Assembly (NCBI RefSeq): GCF_011386835.1
Contig: NC_088794.1
Span: 11,346,001 to 11,410,000, forward strand
Direction of reading: 5' to 3'
DNA from: Chrysemys picta bellii
Taxonomy: Eukaryota
DNA: 64,000 nucleotides
Below the pieces are notes generated by a model. That model did no database searches. It was given only the letters and a program-made list of their open reading frames with translations, and was not told the DNA's origin. The position numbers and the translations under genes are program-made. This document shows positions 38,701 through 50,700 of the stretch, piece after piece; within the stretch, counting starts at the first letter, position 1, and every line of letters begins with the position of its first letter.

Positions 38701-41700
38701 CCGCTCTCCCGTCCCCCCAAACCTCCAGCCCTGCGCTCCTCTGCTCTCCTGTCGCCCCAAACCCCCAGCCCTGCGCTCCTCTGCTCTCCCCGTCCCCCCA
38801 AACTCCCAGCCCTGCGCTCCTCCGCTCCCCAGTCTCCCAATACCCCAGCCCTGCGCTCCTCTGCTCTCCCATCTCCAAATCTCCAGCCCTGCGCTCTTCC
38901 GCTCTCCCCGTTGCCCCAAAACCTCCAGCCCTGTGCTCCTCCGCTCTCCTGTCCCCCCAAACCCACAGCCCTGCGCTCCTCCGCTCTCCCATCCCCAAAT
39001 CCCCAGCCCTGTGCTCCTCCGCTCTCCCGTTGCCCCAAAACCTCCAGCCCTGTGCTCCTCCGCTCTCCTGTCCCCCCAAACCCACAGCCCTGCGCTCCTC
39101 CGCTCTCCCGTCCCCCCAAACCCACAGCCCTGCGCTCCTCCGCTCTCCCGTCCCCCCCAAACCCCCAGCCCTGCGCTCCTCTGCTCTCCCATCCCCCCAA
39201 ACCCCCAGCCCTGCGCTCCTCCGCTCTCCCGTCCCCCCCAAACCCACAGCCCTGCGCTCCTCTGCTCTCCCGTCCCCTCAAACCCCCAGCCCTGCAGTCC
39301 TCCTCTCTCCCATCTCCCCAAACCCCCAGCCCTGCGCTCCTCCGCTCTCCCGTCCCCAAACCCCCAGCCCTGCGCTCCTCTGATCTACCATCCCCCCAGT
39401 TCCCCAGTTCAGACTCATCTACTCTCCCCGCCTCTCTCTCCCCCAGTTCTCTCCCCACTGATTTTCCTCGGCCTGTCCCTGAATGGCTTCGGGGGTATCT
39501 GCCTGACATTCACCTCGCTGACGGTGAGTGTGGGCACTGTGCCCCCTGGGGGGAGGGGCTGTGCCTGTCACTGTGGGGCAGGAGGGAGCACTGAGCCTCT
39601 TGGGATGGCCAGCAGGGGGCAGCAGAGGTGGGGCGGGGTTGTGCTTGTCTCTGTGGGGCAGGAGGGAGCGCTGAGCCCCTTGGGAGGGCAGGCTGGGGGC
39701 AGCAGAAGTGGGGAAGGGCTGTGCCTGTCCCTGGGGGCAGCAGAGTGGGGGAAGGGGTACCATGCCAGCCCTCCTCAGGGGCACAAAACATCTTTGGTCC
39801 CGAGGCTCCCCCTTGGATGCCCAGAGGGGTCAGTGCCCTAGTCTCCTCCCGGCCCTGGGCCGCGGGGGCCTGAACCCCACAGCTGAGTACCGAGGAGGCA
39901 GGTGGAGTGGCAGGACTCTGGCCTGGAGTCACGTGGCGGGGGAGTGACTAGCTCCCCTGCCTGTTTCTGGGTCCCCACGGGCCCTGCCCTGCCGAGGAGG
40001 CCTGCGCCCGAGAGTGGGGCTCGCAGCTCGCTCAGCCACTCCTGCCCCACGCGGGGCTTGGTCCAGGGGCATGGCGCAGCACCCAGCTCTCAGGGTGGGG
40101 CCCAGCCTGGGTCCCCAGTGTGTGGGGAGGGGGCTGTGTGGGTGTGCGTGGTGCTCGCTGGCAGGGAGCTCTGTGCCGTCTCTCACCAACTCCCAGGGCT
40201 GGGCACGCTCTCCCCTCCTTGCTTTGGGCTGATGTGCCACTCGCCTGCCTTCCACGTCCACGGCTCCCACTGCTCTGGGCCAGCGCTGAGCCATCTGCCT
40301 CCTGGGTGCGTCTGCATGGGCCTGACTGGCGGCTTGCACGGTGCGGGGGCGGGAGGGGGCACTGGCCTGGTGCCCAGCGTGGCTGGGTGGGGCTGGTTGC
40401 CCTGTGGGGTAGGGACAGGGCCAAGCTCTGAGCCTGGCACAGGAGGGCCTTGTGCGCCTGCTTGGGTCAGGTGGCGGCTGGGGCTGTGTTCGCCCCATGC
40501 CGAATGCTCCTATCTGCGTTGGTTGCTGAGGGATGGGTAGCTGGGCACTGCAGTCCTGGGCTCACAGGGGAGGCCGGTTGGCGGGAATGTCACTGCAGGG
40601 TTTCCGTCGGGGCTGGGTCCCCAGTTGGTGGAGCTGGGCCCCGGAGGACAGGCTGGGGTGTTCTTGGGGGCCATGTCCCCATACCAGCTGCAGGGCCGGG
40701 CGTGATCCCGCACACCGCCCGCTCCGTGAGGGGGTCTGACCCAGGGCTTGTGCACATGCTGCACGCAGCGGTCTGAGCCGGGAAGGGTGCCAGCGAGTCC
40801 TCGGGGCCAGGCTGCCGGTGACCTTGGCAAAGGGCTGGGTGGAGCAAAGTGGGCAGCGCTGCAGCCTCTGGCATGGGGCACTGCCTGGGTCAGGGGAGGG
40901 GGAAATCTCTCCATCCAGCACACGAGGGGTTAGGGTTACACCCTCCCCACCCCCGTGTTGCATCTTGGCACAGGCACAGCCCCCCCTACCCAACCTGCCA
41001 GCAGTCACGTGACCTGGGCAGGTAGCTGGCAGCCAATAGGAAGGCAGGATCTCGGCGCACACCCCCTGCCCCAGCGCTGGGAGGGGAGAGGGGGGCAGGG
41101 CATGTGTTGGAGCTGGCCTGTTTTCTAAACCAAGGTGCCCTGCTGCTTGCCGCTGCATCTGGGGGAGGGGAGGAACAGGCCTGATCCCCTCCCCCATGGG
41201 GCCCCAACACTGTCCAGAGCTGGGATCCAGCCCTAACCCTCCCCTCATGGCACCTCACCCTGTATCTAGGATCCCTCCCCAGGGGGAAGCCAGGCCTCCT
41301 CTCCCCTTCCCCCACCCACTGCTCCTCTAGTGAGGACCCCCCCTCAGTGGGGGTCAAAGGGAAATGGCTGCCCCCAGGCCTGAGTAGATCTGGGCCCCTC
41401 AGGGCAAGTCGGCCTGAGCTGGGCAGCAGGGAGGGCTCTGCAGCAGGGAGAGGTGGTGTCGATGGGCTGGGATAGGGGGAGGGGGGGAAAAGATTGGGGG
41501 AGGGCCAGGGGCCTGTCCTGGTGCCAGGGGTTGTCCGTCCCCCCCCCCGCCACCTCTCCCCCCACTAACATCTTGTGTCCTCCCCAGCTGCCCAACATGT
41601 TTGGGAACCTGCGCTCCACCTTCATGGCGCTGATGATTGGCTCGTACGCCTCCTCTGCCATCACCTTCCCCGCAGTCAAGGTACGGGGGCCTCTTGATGT

Positions 41701-44700
41701 GGGGCTGGTTCAACGCCCCCCTTTCCTGCCCCAGATCAGTGGGTGGCCTTGACTGCTGGATTGGGTGGTGGGGGGGCTCACAGAGAGCCTATCAGCGCCT
41801 CTGGGTTACGTGGGGAGAAATGAGGGGTATCAGAGTGACCCCTGCCCAAGATGCCAGCCAGACCCTCCCTGTCCACATCTGCCCCACTAACCTCCTGCTC
41901 CCCTGCTCCCAGCTGATCTACGATGCCGGCGTCTCCTTCAGCACCATAATGCTGACCTGGTCGGGCCTGGCCTGCCTCATCTTCCTCAATTGCCTGGTCA
42001 ACTGGCCCAAGGAGTCCTTCCCGGCACCCGAGGAGGCCAACTACACGTGAGTGAGGGTGGGGGAGCTCCAGCCTTTCCCAGCAGGGGGTGCTGTAGGGAG
42101 CAGGATGGGGAAGCTCTCAGCAGACAATGGCAGGTCTCCCCCAGCAGGGGGCGCTGTGGGGCAGTGGCGGGGAGCTCCCAGCAGGGGGCGCTGTGGGGGC
42201 AGTGGCAGGTCTCCCCGAGCAGGGGGCGCTGTAGGGAGCAGTGGCAGGTCTCCCCGAGCAGGGGGCGCTGTAGGGAGCAGGGTGGGGAAGCTCCCAGCAG
42301 ACAGTGGCAGGTCTCCCCCAGCAGGGGGGCACTGTAGGAGCAGGGTGGGGAAGCTCCCAGCAGACAGTGGCAGGTCTCCCCCAGCAGGGGGGCGCTATGG
42401 GGACAGTGGCAGGTCTCCCCCCAGCAGGGGGTGCTGTAGGGAGCAGGGTGGGGGAGCTCCCAGCAGACAGTGGCAGGTCTCCCCCAGCAGGGGGGCGCTA
42501 TGGGGGACAGTGGCAGGTCTCCCCCAGCAGGGGGCGCTGTAGGGAGCAGGGTGGGGGAGCTCCCAGCAGACAGTGGCAGGTCTCCCCCAGCAGGGGGCGC
42601 TATGGGGGCAGTGGCAGGTCTCCCCCAGCAGGGGGTGCTGTGGGAGCAGTGGCAGGTCTCCCCCAGCAGGGGGCGCTGGTTCTCCTCTCACCCCCCCCTT
42701 TCCCGGGTCAGGAAGAAGATCAAGCTGAGCGAGCTGGCACTGGATCACAGGGTGACGGGCGATCGGTTCTACATCCATGTCACCACCGTGGGGGCAGCGC
42801 CTGAGCCAGAAGGGGCTGTGCCTGCAGGGGGGCATGGAGCTTTGCCCATCCACACAGGACCTGTGCCACGGGGCCACAGTCCCTGCCGAGTGTGAGTGCC
42901 ACATGCCCCCTGGGCTCAGGGTGCCAGCTGGGGGCAGGGAAAGTCCTGCTGCAGCACCCCCTGCTGGGCTGTGTGCACCCTGGGTGGGCAAGGTTTGGGG
43001 GGCTGCTGGGCTTCCCCAGAGTGTGTGCGGGGAGGAGGTTCAAGGTGGTATAGGGGGAAGGGCTTTGCCAAGGTGGGGGGCAGAGCTTCCTGAGGAGGGC
43101 AGCGTGACAGGGCCACCCAAGAGTGTCCTGAGGGGCTCAGGGTGTCTGATACCCCCCCAGGGGAGCAGTATGTATGAGGGGGTTCTGTCAGACTGCGGGG
43201 TGCAGGGGGGTGCAGGGCTCTCCCAGGCTGGGGGGTGCAGGGGGCATGCAGTGCCATGGCTCTCCCAGGCTGGGGGGTACAGGGGACCGTAGAGAGGTGC
43301 AGGGCTCTCCAGGCTGGAGGGTTCAGGGGGTGCAGGGCTCTCCCAGGCTGGGGGTATAGGGGACCGTAGGGAGGTGCAGGGCTCTCCCAGGGCTGGGGGG
43401 GTGCAGGGGGTGCAGGGCTCTCCTAGGCTGGGGGTACAGGGGTATGTAGGGGGGTGCAGGGCTCTCCCAGGCTGGGGTACAGGGGTATGTAGGGGGGTGC
43501 AGGGCTCTCCTAGGCTGGGGGTACAGGGGTATGTAGGGGGGTGCAGGGCTCTCCCAGGCTGGGGGTACAGGGGTATGTACGGGGGTACAGGGTATGTACA
43601 GGGGTGCAGGGCTCTCCCAGGCTGGGGGGTACAGGGGACCATAGAGAGGTGCAGGGCTCTCCCAGGCTGGAGGGTGCAGGGGGTGCAGGGCTCTCCTAGG
43701 CTTGGGTACAGGGGTATGTAGGGGGGTGCAGGGCTCTCCCAGGCTGGGGGTACAGGGGTATGTAGGGGGGTGCAGGGCTCTCCCAGGCTGGGGGGGTGCA
43801 GGGGGTGCAGGGCTCTCCCAGGCTGGGGGGTTCAGGGGGTGCAGGACTCTCCCAGGCTGGGGGGTACAGGGGGACAGTAGAGAGGTGCAGGGCTCTCCCA
43901 GGCTGGGGGTACAGGGGTATGTAGGGGGGTGCAGGGCTCTCCCAGGCTGGGGGGTGCAGGGTGGTGCAGGGCTCTCCCAGGCTGGGGGGTTCAGGGGGTG
44001 CAGGGCTCTCCCAGGCTGGGGGGGTTCAGGGGGTGCAGGGCTCTCCCAGGCAGGGGGGTGCAGTCTGGGGCAGCAGGCAGTGTGTGTGTGGGGGGCTTCC
44101 CCAGGCTGTGTGTGGGCGGTGCTAGCCGTGCCCCCGACCGGCCGATCTATGGCCCGGCAGCTGCTCCGTGCAAGGCCGGGTACCTCGTGCATCTGGCAGT
44201 GGCTCTGCAGGCCGCGGGGCGCTGCCTGGGTGTCTGGCTCCACCTGCTGGCGGGATCGGGGAGCTGCACCTTCCCAACCCGTCGCGCTGGATTCTACCTG
44301 CGGGATCTGGGGCGGCCCTAACCCCTGGGGGGAGCGGAGCACGCAGCCCCCACGCGGCCAGCCTCTTGCACAGCTGCTAGGCTGAGCTCGAGTTTGGAGA
44401 GAACCCAGGAGTCCTGGCTCCAAGGACCCCGCCCGCTCTAACCACTACATCGCACTGCCCTCCCAGAGCTGGGCTACCACCAGGAGTCCTGACTTGCACC
44501 CCACTCCTCCCCTCCCAGAGCTGGGGTAGAAGCCAGGAATCCAACAGTGCTGAGATTCACCTTTCCCATGCGAGAGCAGAGGTGGGCTGTGACAGGCGCC
44601 CGTCTGTGTGTAGGGGGGTGATGGGGAGCCTGGGGGGTGACTCTGGCTGAGGCGGTCGGGGGATGGGGTGTCTGATGGGGGGGGGGGAGCCTGGGGGTGA

Positions 44701-47700
44701 CTCTGGCTGAGGCGGTCGGGGGGATGGGGTCTGTGATGGGGGGGGAGCCTGGGGATGACTCTGGCTGAGGCGGTCGGGGGGATGGGGTCTCTGATGGGGG
44801 GGAGCCTGGGGATGGACTCTGGCTGAGGCTGTCGGGGGGGATGGGGTGTCTGATGGGGGGGGAGCCTGGGGATGACTCTGGCTGAGGCGGTCGGGGGGAT
44901 GGGGTCTCTGATGGGGGGGAGCCTGGGGGGTGACTCTGGCTGAGGCTGTCGGGGGATGGGGTCTCTGATGGGGGGAGCCTGGGGGTGACTCTGGCTGAGG
45001 CGGTCGGGGGGATGGGGTCTCTGATGGGGGGGAGCCTGGGGATGACTCTGGCTGAGGCTGGTCGGGGGGATGGGGTGTCTGATGGGGGGGGAGCCTGGGG
45101 GTGACTCTGGCTGAGGCTGTCGGGGGGATGGGGTCTCTGATGGGGGGGGAGCCTGGGGGTGACTCTGGCTGAGGCGGTCGGGGGATGGGGTCTCTGATGG
45201 GGGGAGCCTGGGGATGACTCTGGCTGAGGCGGTCGGGGGATGGGGTCTCTGATGGGGGGGAGCCTGGGGATGACTCTGGCTGAGGCGGTTGGGGGATGGC
45301 GTCTGTGATGGGGGGAGCCTGGGGGTGACTCTGGCTGAGGCGGGTCGGGGGGATGGGGGTCTGTGATGGGGGGGGGAGCCTGGGGGTGACTCTGGCTGAG
45401 GCGGTCGGGGGATGGGGTCTCTGATGGGGGAGCCTGGGATGACTCTGGCTGAGGCGGTCGGGGGGATGGGGTCTCTGATGGGGGGGGAGCGTGGGGATGA
45501 CTCTGGCTGAGGCTGTGGGGGGATGGGGTCTCTGATTGGGGGGAGCCTGGGGATGACTCTGGCTGAGGCGGTCGGGGGATGGGGTCTCTGATGGGGGGAG
45601 CCTGGGGGTGACTCTGGCTGAGGCGGTCGGGGGGATGGGGTCTCTGATGGGGGGAGCCTGGGGGTGACTCTGGCTGAGGCTGTGCGGGGGATGGGGTCTC
45701 TGATAGGGGGGGAGCGTGGGGATGACTCTGGCTGAGGCTGTCGGGGGGATGGGGTGTCTGATGGGGGGGAGCCTGGGGGTGACTCTGGCTGAGGCGGTCG
45801 GGGGGATGGGGTCTCTGATGGGGGGGGAGCCCTGGGGGTGACTCTGGCTGAGGTGGTCGGGGGATGGGGTCTGTGATGGGGGGAGCCTGGGGGTGACTCT
45901 GGCTGAGGCGGTCGGGGGATGGGGTCTGTGATGGGGGGAGCCTGGGGGTGACTCTGGCTGAGGCGGTCGGGGGATGGCGTCTGTGATGGGGGGAGCCTGG
46001 GGGTGACTCTGGCTGAGGCGGTCGGGGGATGGCGTCTGTGATGGGGGGAGCCTGGGGGGTGACTCTGGCTGAGGCGGGTCGGGGGGATGGGGTCTGTGAT
46101 GGGGGGAGCCTGGGGGTGACTCTGGCTGAGGCGGTCGGGGGATGGCGTCTGTGATGGGGGGGAGCCTGGGGGTGACTCTGGCTGAGGCGGTCGGGGGGAT
46201 GGGTCTGTGATGGGGGGAGCCTGGGGGTGACTCTGGCTGAGGCGGTCGGGGGATGGGGTCTCTGATGTGGGGGGAGCCCTGGGGGTGACTCTGGCTGACG
46301 GCTGTCGGGGGGGGATGTGGGTCTCTGATGGGGGGGGGGAGCGTGGGGGGTAACTCTGGCTGAGGCTGTCGGGGGGGATGGGGTGTCTGATGGGGGGGGG
46401 AGCCTGGGGGTGACTCTGGCTGAGGCTGTCGGGGGGATGGGGGGTGTCTGATGGGGGGGGGAGCCTGGGGGTGACTCTGGCTGAGGCTGTCGGGGGGATG
46501 GGGTCTCTGATGGGGGGGGGAGCGTGGGGGTGACTCTGGCTGAGGCGGTCGGGGGATGGGGTCTCTGATGGGGGGAGCCTGGGGGTGACTCTGGCTGAGG
46601 CGGTCGGGGGGATGGGGTCTGTGATGGGGGGGAGCCTGGGGGGTGACTCTGGCTGAGGCGGGTCGGGGGGATGGGGTCTCTGATGGGGGGGAGCCTGGGG
46701 GTGACTCTGGCTGAGGCAGTCGGGGGATGGGGTCTCTGATGGGGGGGGAGCCTGGGGGGTGACTCTGGCTGAGGCTGTCGGGGGGATGGGGTCTCTGATG
46801 GGGGGAGCCTGGGGATGACTCTGGCTGAGGCGGTCGGGGGATGGGGTCTCTGATGGGGGGAGCCTGGGGGTGACTCTGGCTGAGGCGGTCGGGGGATGGG
46901 GTCTCTGATGGGGGGAGCCTGGGGGTGACTCTGGCTGAGGCGGTCGGGGGGATGGGGTCTGTGATGGGGGGAGCCTGGGGGTGACTCTGGCTGAGGCGGT
47001 CGGGGGGGATGGGGTCTCTGATGGGGGGGAGCCTGGGGGTGACTCTGGCTGAGGCGGTCGGGGGATGGGGTCTCTGATGGGGGGGAGCCTGGGGGTGACT
47101 CTGGCTGAGGCTGTCGGGGGGATGGGGTCTCTGATGGGGGGAGCCTGGGGATGACTCTGGCTGAGGCGGTCGGGGGGATGGGGGTCTCTGATGGGGGGAG
47201 CCTGGGGGTGACTCCTGGCTGAGGCTGTCGGGGGGATGGGGTCTCTGATGGGGGGAGCCTGGGGGTGACTCTGGCTGAGGCGGTCGGGGGGATGGGGTCT
47301 CTGATGGGGGGAGCCTGGGGGTGACTCTGGCTGAGGCGGTCGGGGGGATGGGGTCTCTGATGGGGGGGAGCCTGGGGTGACTCTGGCTGAGGCGGTCGGG
47401 GGGATGGGGTCTCTGATGGGGGGGAACCTGGGATGACTCTGGCTGAGGCGGTCGGGGGATGGGGTCTCTGATGGGGGGGAGCTTGGGGGTGACTCTGGCT
47501 GAGGCTGTCGGGGGGATGGGGTCTCTGATGGGGGGGGGGAGCCTGGGGGTGACTCTGGCTGAGGCGGTCGGGGGGATGGGGTCTCTGATGGGGGGAGCCT
47601 GGGGGTGACTCTGGCTGAGGCGTCGGGGGATGGGGGTCTCTGATGGGGGGGAGCCTGGGGGTGACTCTGGCTGAGGCGGTCGGGGGATGGGGTCTCTGAT

Positions 47701-50700
47701 GGGGGAGCCTGGGGGTGACTCTGGCTGAGGGCTGTGGGGGGGGATGGGGTCTCTGATGGGGGGGGAGCCTGGGATGACTCTGGCTGAGGCTGTCGGGGGG
47801 ATGGGGTCTGTGATGGGGGTGTGTGTGGGGGTGACTCTGGCGGAGGCGGTGCGGGGGATGGGGTGTCTGATGGGGGGGGGAGCCTGGGGGTGACTCTGGC
47901 TGAGGCTGTCGGGGGGATGGGGTGTCTGATGGGGGGGGAGCCTGGGGGGTGACTCTGGCTGAGGCTGTCGGGGGGGATGGGGTCTCTGATGGGGGGAGCC
48001 TGGGATGACTCTGGCTGAGGCTGTCGGGGGGATGGGGTGTCTGATGGGGGGGGAGCCTGGGGTGACTCTGGCTGAGGCTGTCGGGGGGGATGGGGTCTCT
48101 GATGGGGGGAGCCTGGGATGACTCTGGCTGAGGCGGTCGGGGGGATGGGGTCTCTGATGGGGGGGAGCCTGGGGATGAGTCTGGCTGAGGCTGTGGGGGG
48201 GATTGGGTCTCTGATGTGGGGGTACTATCGTGTCTGCTGGAGGAGATGTGGGGGTTGTCTGGGGCTGACAGTAACGTCTCCTCCTTGCCTTCTCCCTCCC
48301 CGCCCCGGCCTGCAGACTCGATCCCCTTGCGCCGCAGCGTCTGCTCCCCCATCTTCCTGTGGAGCCTGATCCCCATGGCATGACCCAGCTGCGCGTCATC
48401 TTCTACATGGCAGCGATGAACAAGATGCTGGGAGTTCCAGGTGACGGCGGCAGCCCGGACGGTGAGGGCCCGGTGGGGAGCGTCTCCTGGATCCACTGGT
48501 TCTGCTCCATGCCCAGCCTCTCACCAGTCCCTGGCCCCCAAGGCCGCACCCAGTTCCACAGGGGCAGGGTCATGGCCTCTAGGGCCCCAGCGATCCCTGT
48601 CTGTCTCCTCGGCTCCCGGGAGGTTTGTGCCCTTTGGGGCGCTGCACTGTCAGGGGTATCTGCAGCGGCAGCCTTCCCAGACACGGGGGAACATTAGCCG
48701 CCTGGCCCACGGCGTCGGAAAGGCCTTGGGTTAGCACAGAGAGGCAAAGGTTGGGCCATAGTCCAGCCTGGCCAGCCCCGGTGCAATTAGCCAGCCAAGA
48801 CGTTATGGTCTCTATCTCCATCTGGCTCCTTGTCAGCCCCGAGGCCTGGCCACCGGCCTCCTTTCCCCTTTGTTCTCCCGCTGGGGCCTTGGAGCTGCTT
48901 CTCGGCTGAGGGCTGGGAATGTCTCCTTCCTCCTGGCTGGTGGCTGCTAGGGTGAACGGCCCGGCCGTTGGGGTTCCCGCTCTCTTGCTGGATTCTCCAT
49001 TGATGTGGGTTGGGTTTACGCTAGTCCTTTGCCGACCCTTCTTCCACCCCAGCCAGCCACGGGGGACACACACCCTCGCGGCTCGTGCTCTGCCCCAAGA
49101 ACAGCTGGTTAACCCTTTGCACTCGTGTGCAGAGCAGTGCAAAGCACAGAGGGAAACTGAGTCACGCATGCGCCTCATAAACATAGTACCCAAAATTCCC
49201 ACTTAGTCACAAGGGGACATAGGCCAGGAGGGGGCATTGGGTGGGGTCCTGCTCTCACGGACCCACAGGGTGTGTACTGTGCCCTGGTGTTTCCCCTGCC
49301 CCTTGGAGGAGCCCCACAGAGGGCCCCGCTCTTCTTAAGGGCAGTCACGCGGCCTCCCCGCCTCTGGCTCCACCGCGAGCTCTGTCCAGCGATGCCAAGC
49401 GAGGCAGGCTCCTGGCCACAGACCTCACCCGCTCTTCGTGCCAATGTGATTTTCAGCACAAACCTGCCCTAACTCAGCCCGGCCGGCTGTCAATCTGTCG
49501 TCCAAGGGCTGAGTTTGCCCATCCGCCTGCAGGAGGGTCCCAATGATCGCCTGGGGCTCCCACTGGTTTTATGGACCCTCCATCCAGGCCCCAGGACTGT
49601 TACGGGACCCAACACCTCCTGCCCCCAGAACCGCTTTTAATCCTTTTGTGCCCACAAGTAGCAAGGCAAAGTACAGAGGGAAACTGAGTAATGCATCAAA
49701 ATATCTCAGAAAATCATCACTTCCTCACAGGAGGGCATAGGGCATCAGGGGAAGCTGTGTGTGTGTGTGGGGGGGAGCTGTGTGTGTGGGAGTTAGGGTG
49801 GGAGGGGAGACCGAGGAGAGCTGGGGGGTGGGGTTGGGGGGAGCTGGGGTAGGAGGGGGGAGGCAGAGGCCAGCAGGAGGAGCTGGTGTGGGGTGTGGGG
49901 GGGCGAAGGTGTTGGAGGGACATAGGCTAGAATGGGGGGTGGGGACCTTCTTTCCAGGCCCTTTATCCCTTGTCTGTGTCTCTGTCCCCCCCGTTGACCG
50001 CAGTGCCGGAGGAGCTGATGGAGAAGGCTGAGGACACAGGTAGGAGCAGCTAGGGGGATAGCCGAGGCCAGCCCTGCCCCCTGCCCTTCCAGCACTGCTA
50101 GCTACGGCAATGTCCGGAGCTGCCAAGAGACTAGGGGAGCCCCGGTCCCCTATGGGGCAGGAAGTGGGAGTGGGGTCTCCCACATGCAGTGGCCGATGGA
50201 GCGATGCCCTCCCCAGGCGCTGTGCTCTCCGCTGTAGGGCAGAGGGATGGGGCCTGGGTGTAGGGTTCTCCCCTTGATGGGGAAGGGCATGGGCATAAGG
50301 CTCTCCTCCCTGATCAGGGTCTGGGGGTGGGGACTGGCACAGGGGTCTCTGCTCTGATGGGGGGTGGGGACAGGGCCTGGGAGTCTCCCCGGCAGTGGGG
50401 TTGGGGACGGGGCCTGGGCACCGGGTTCTCACCCTCTCCCCGACGGACAGTTGGGTTCTACGCCTCCATCTTCGGGGTCATGCAGCTGCTCTGCCTCGTA
50501 ACCTGCCCCTTCATCGGCTACGTGATGGACTGGCGCATGAAGGACTGTGTGGACGGGCCGCTGGGCACGGGCCGGCCACCATGGCAGCTGGGTGAGAGTG
50601 TGTGTCCGGGGCACGGATCCAGCTTGTGGGCTGGGGGGGCAAATCCTGGTGCTGGTGCCCCGGGTCGCGGACCCCGCTGGGGGGACTGGGGTGTGTGTGT

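Noticed and set aside
36053-39841. Six ORFs of 700-1100 aa on both strands
   Set aside because: Translations of a 40-bp intronic minisatellite with few stop codons; they lie between two phase-compatible SLC43A1 exons.
44625-48205. AP-1-like TGACTC in every minisatellite unit
   Set aside because: Reads TGACTCT, not TGACTCA; no support for binding.
44474-48496. 1340-aa and 1280-aa Pro-rich minus-strand ORFs (and the 1220-aa ORF at 52557-56219)
   Set aside because: Antisense readings of the 56-58-bp minisatellite; no domain content; the copies differ by frame-changing indels.
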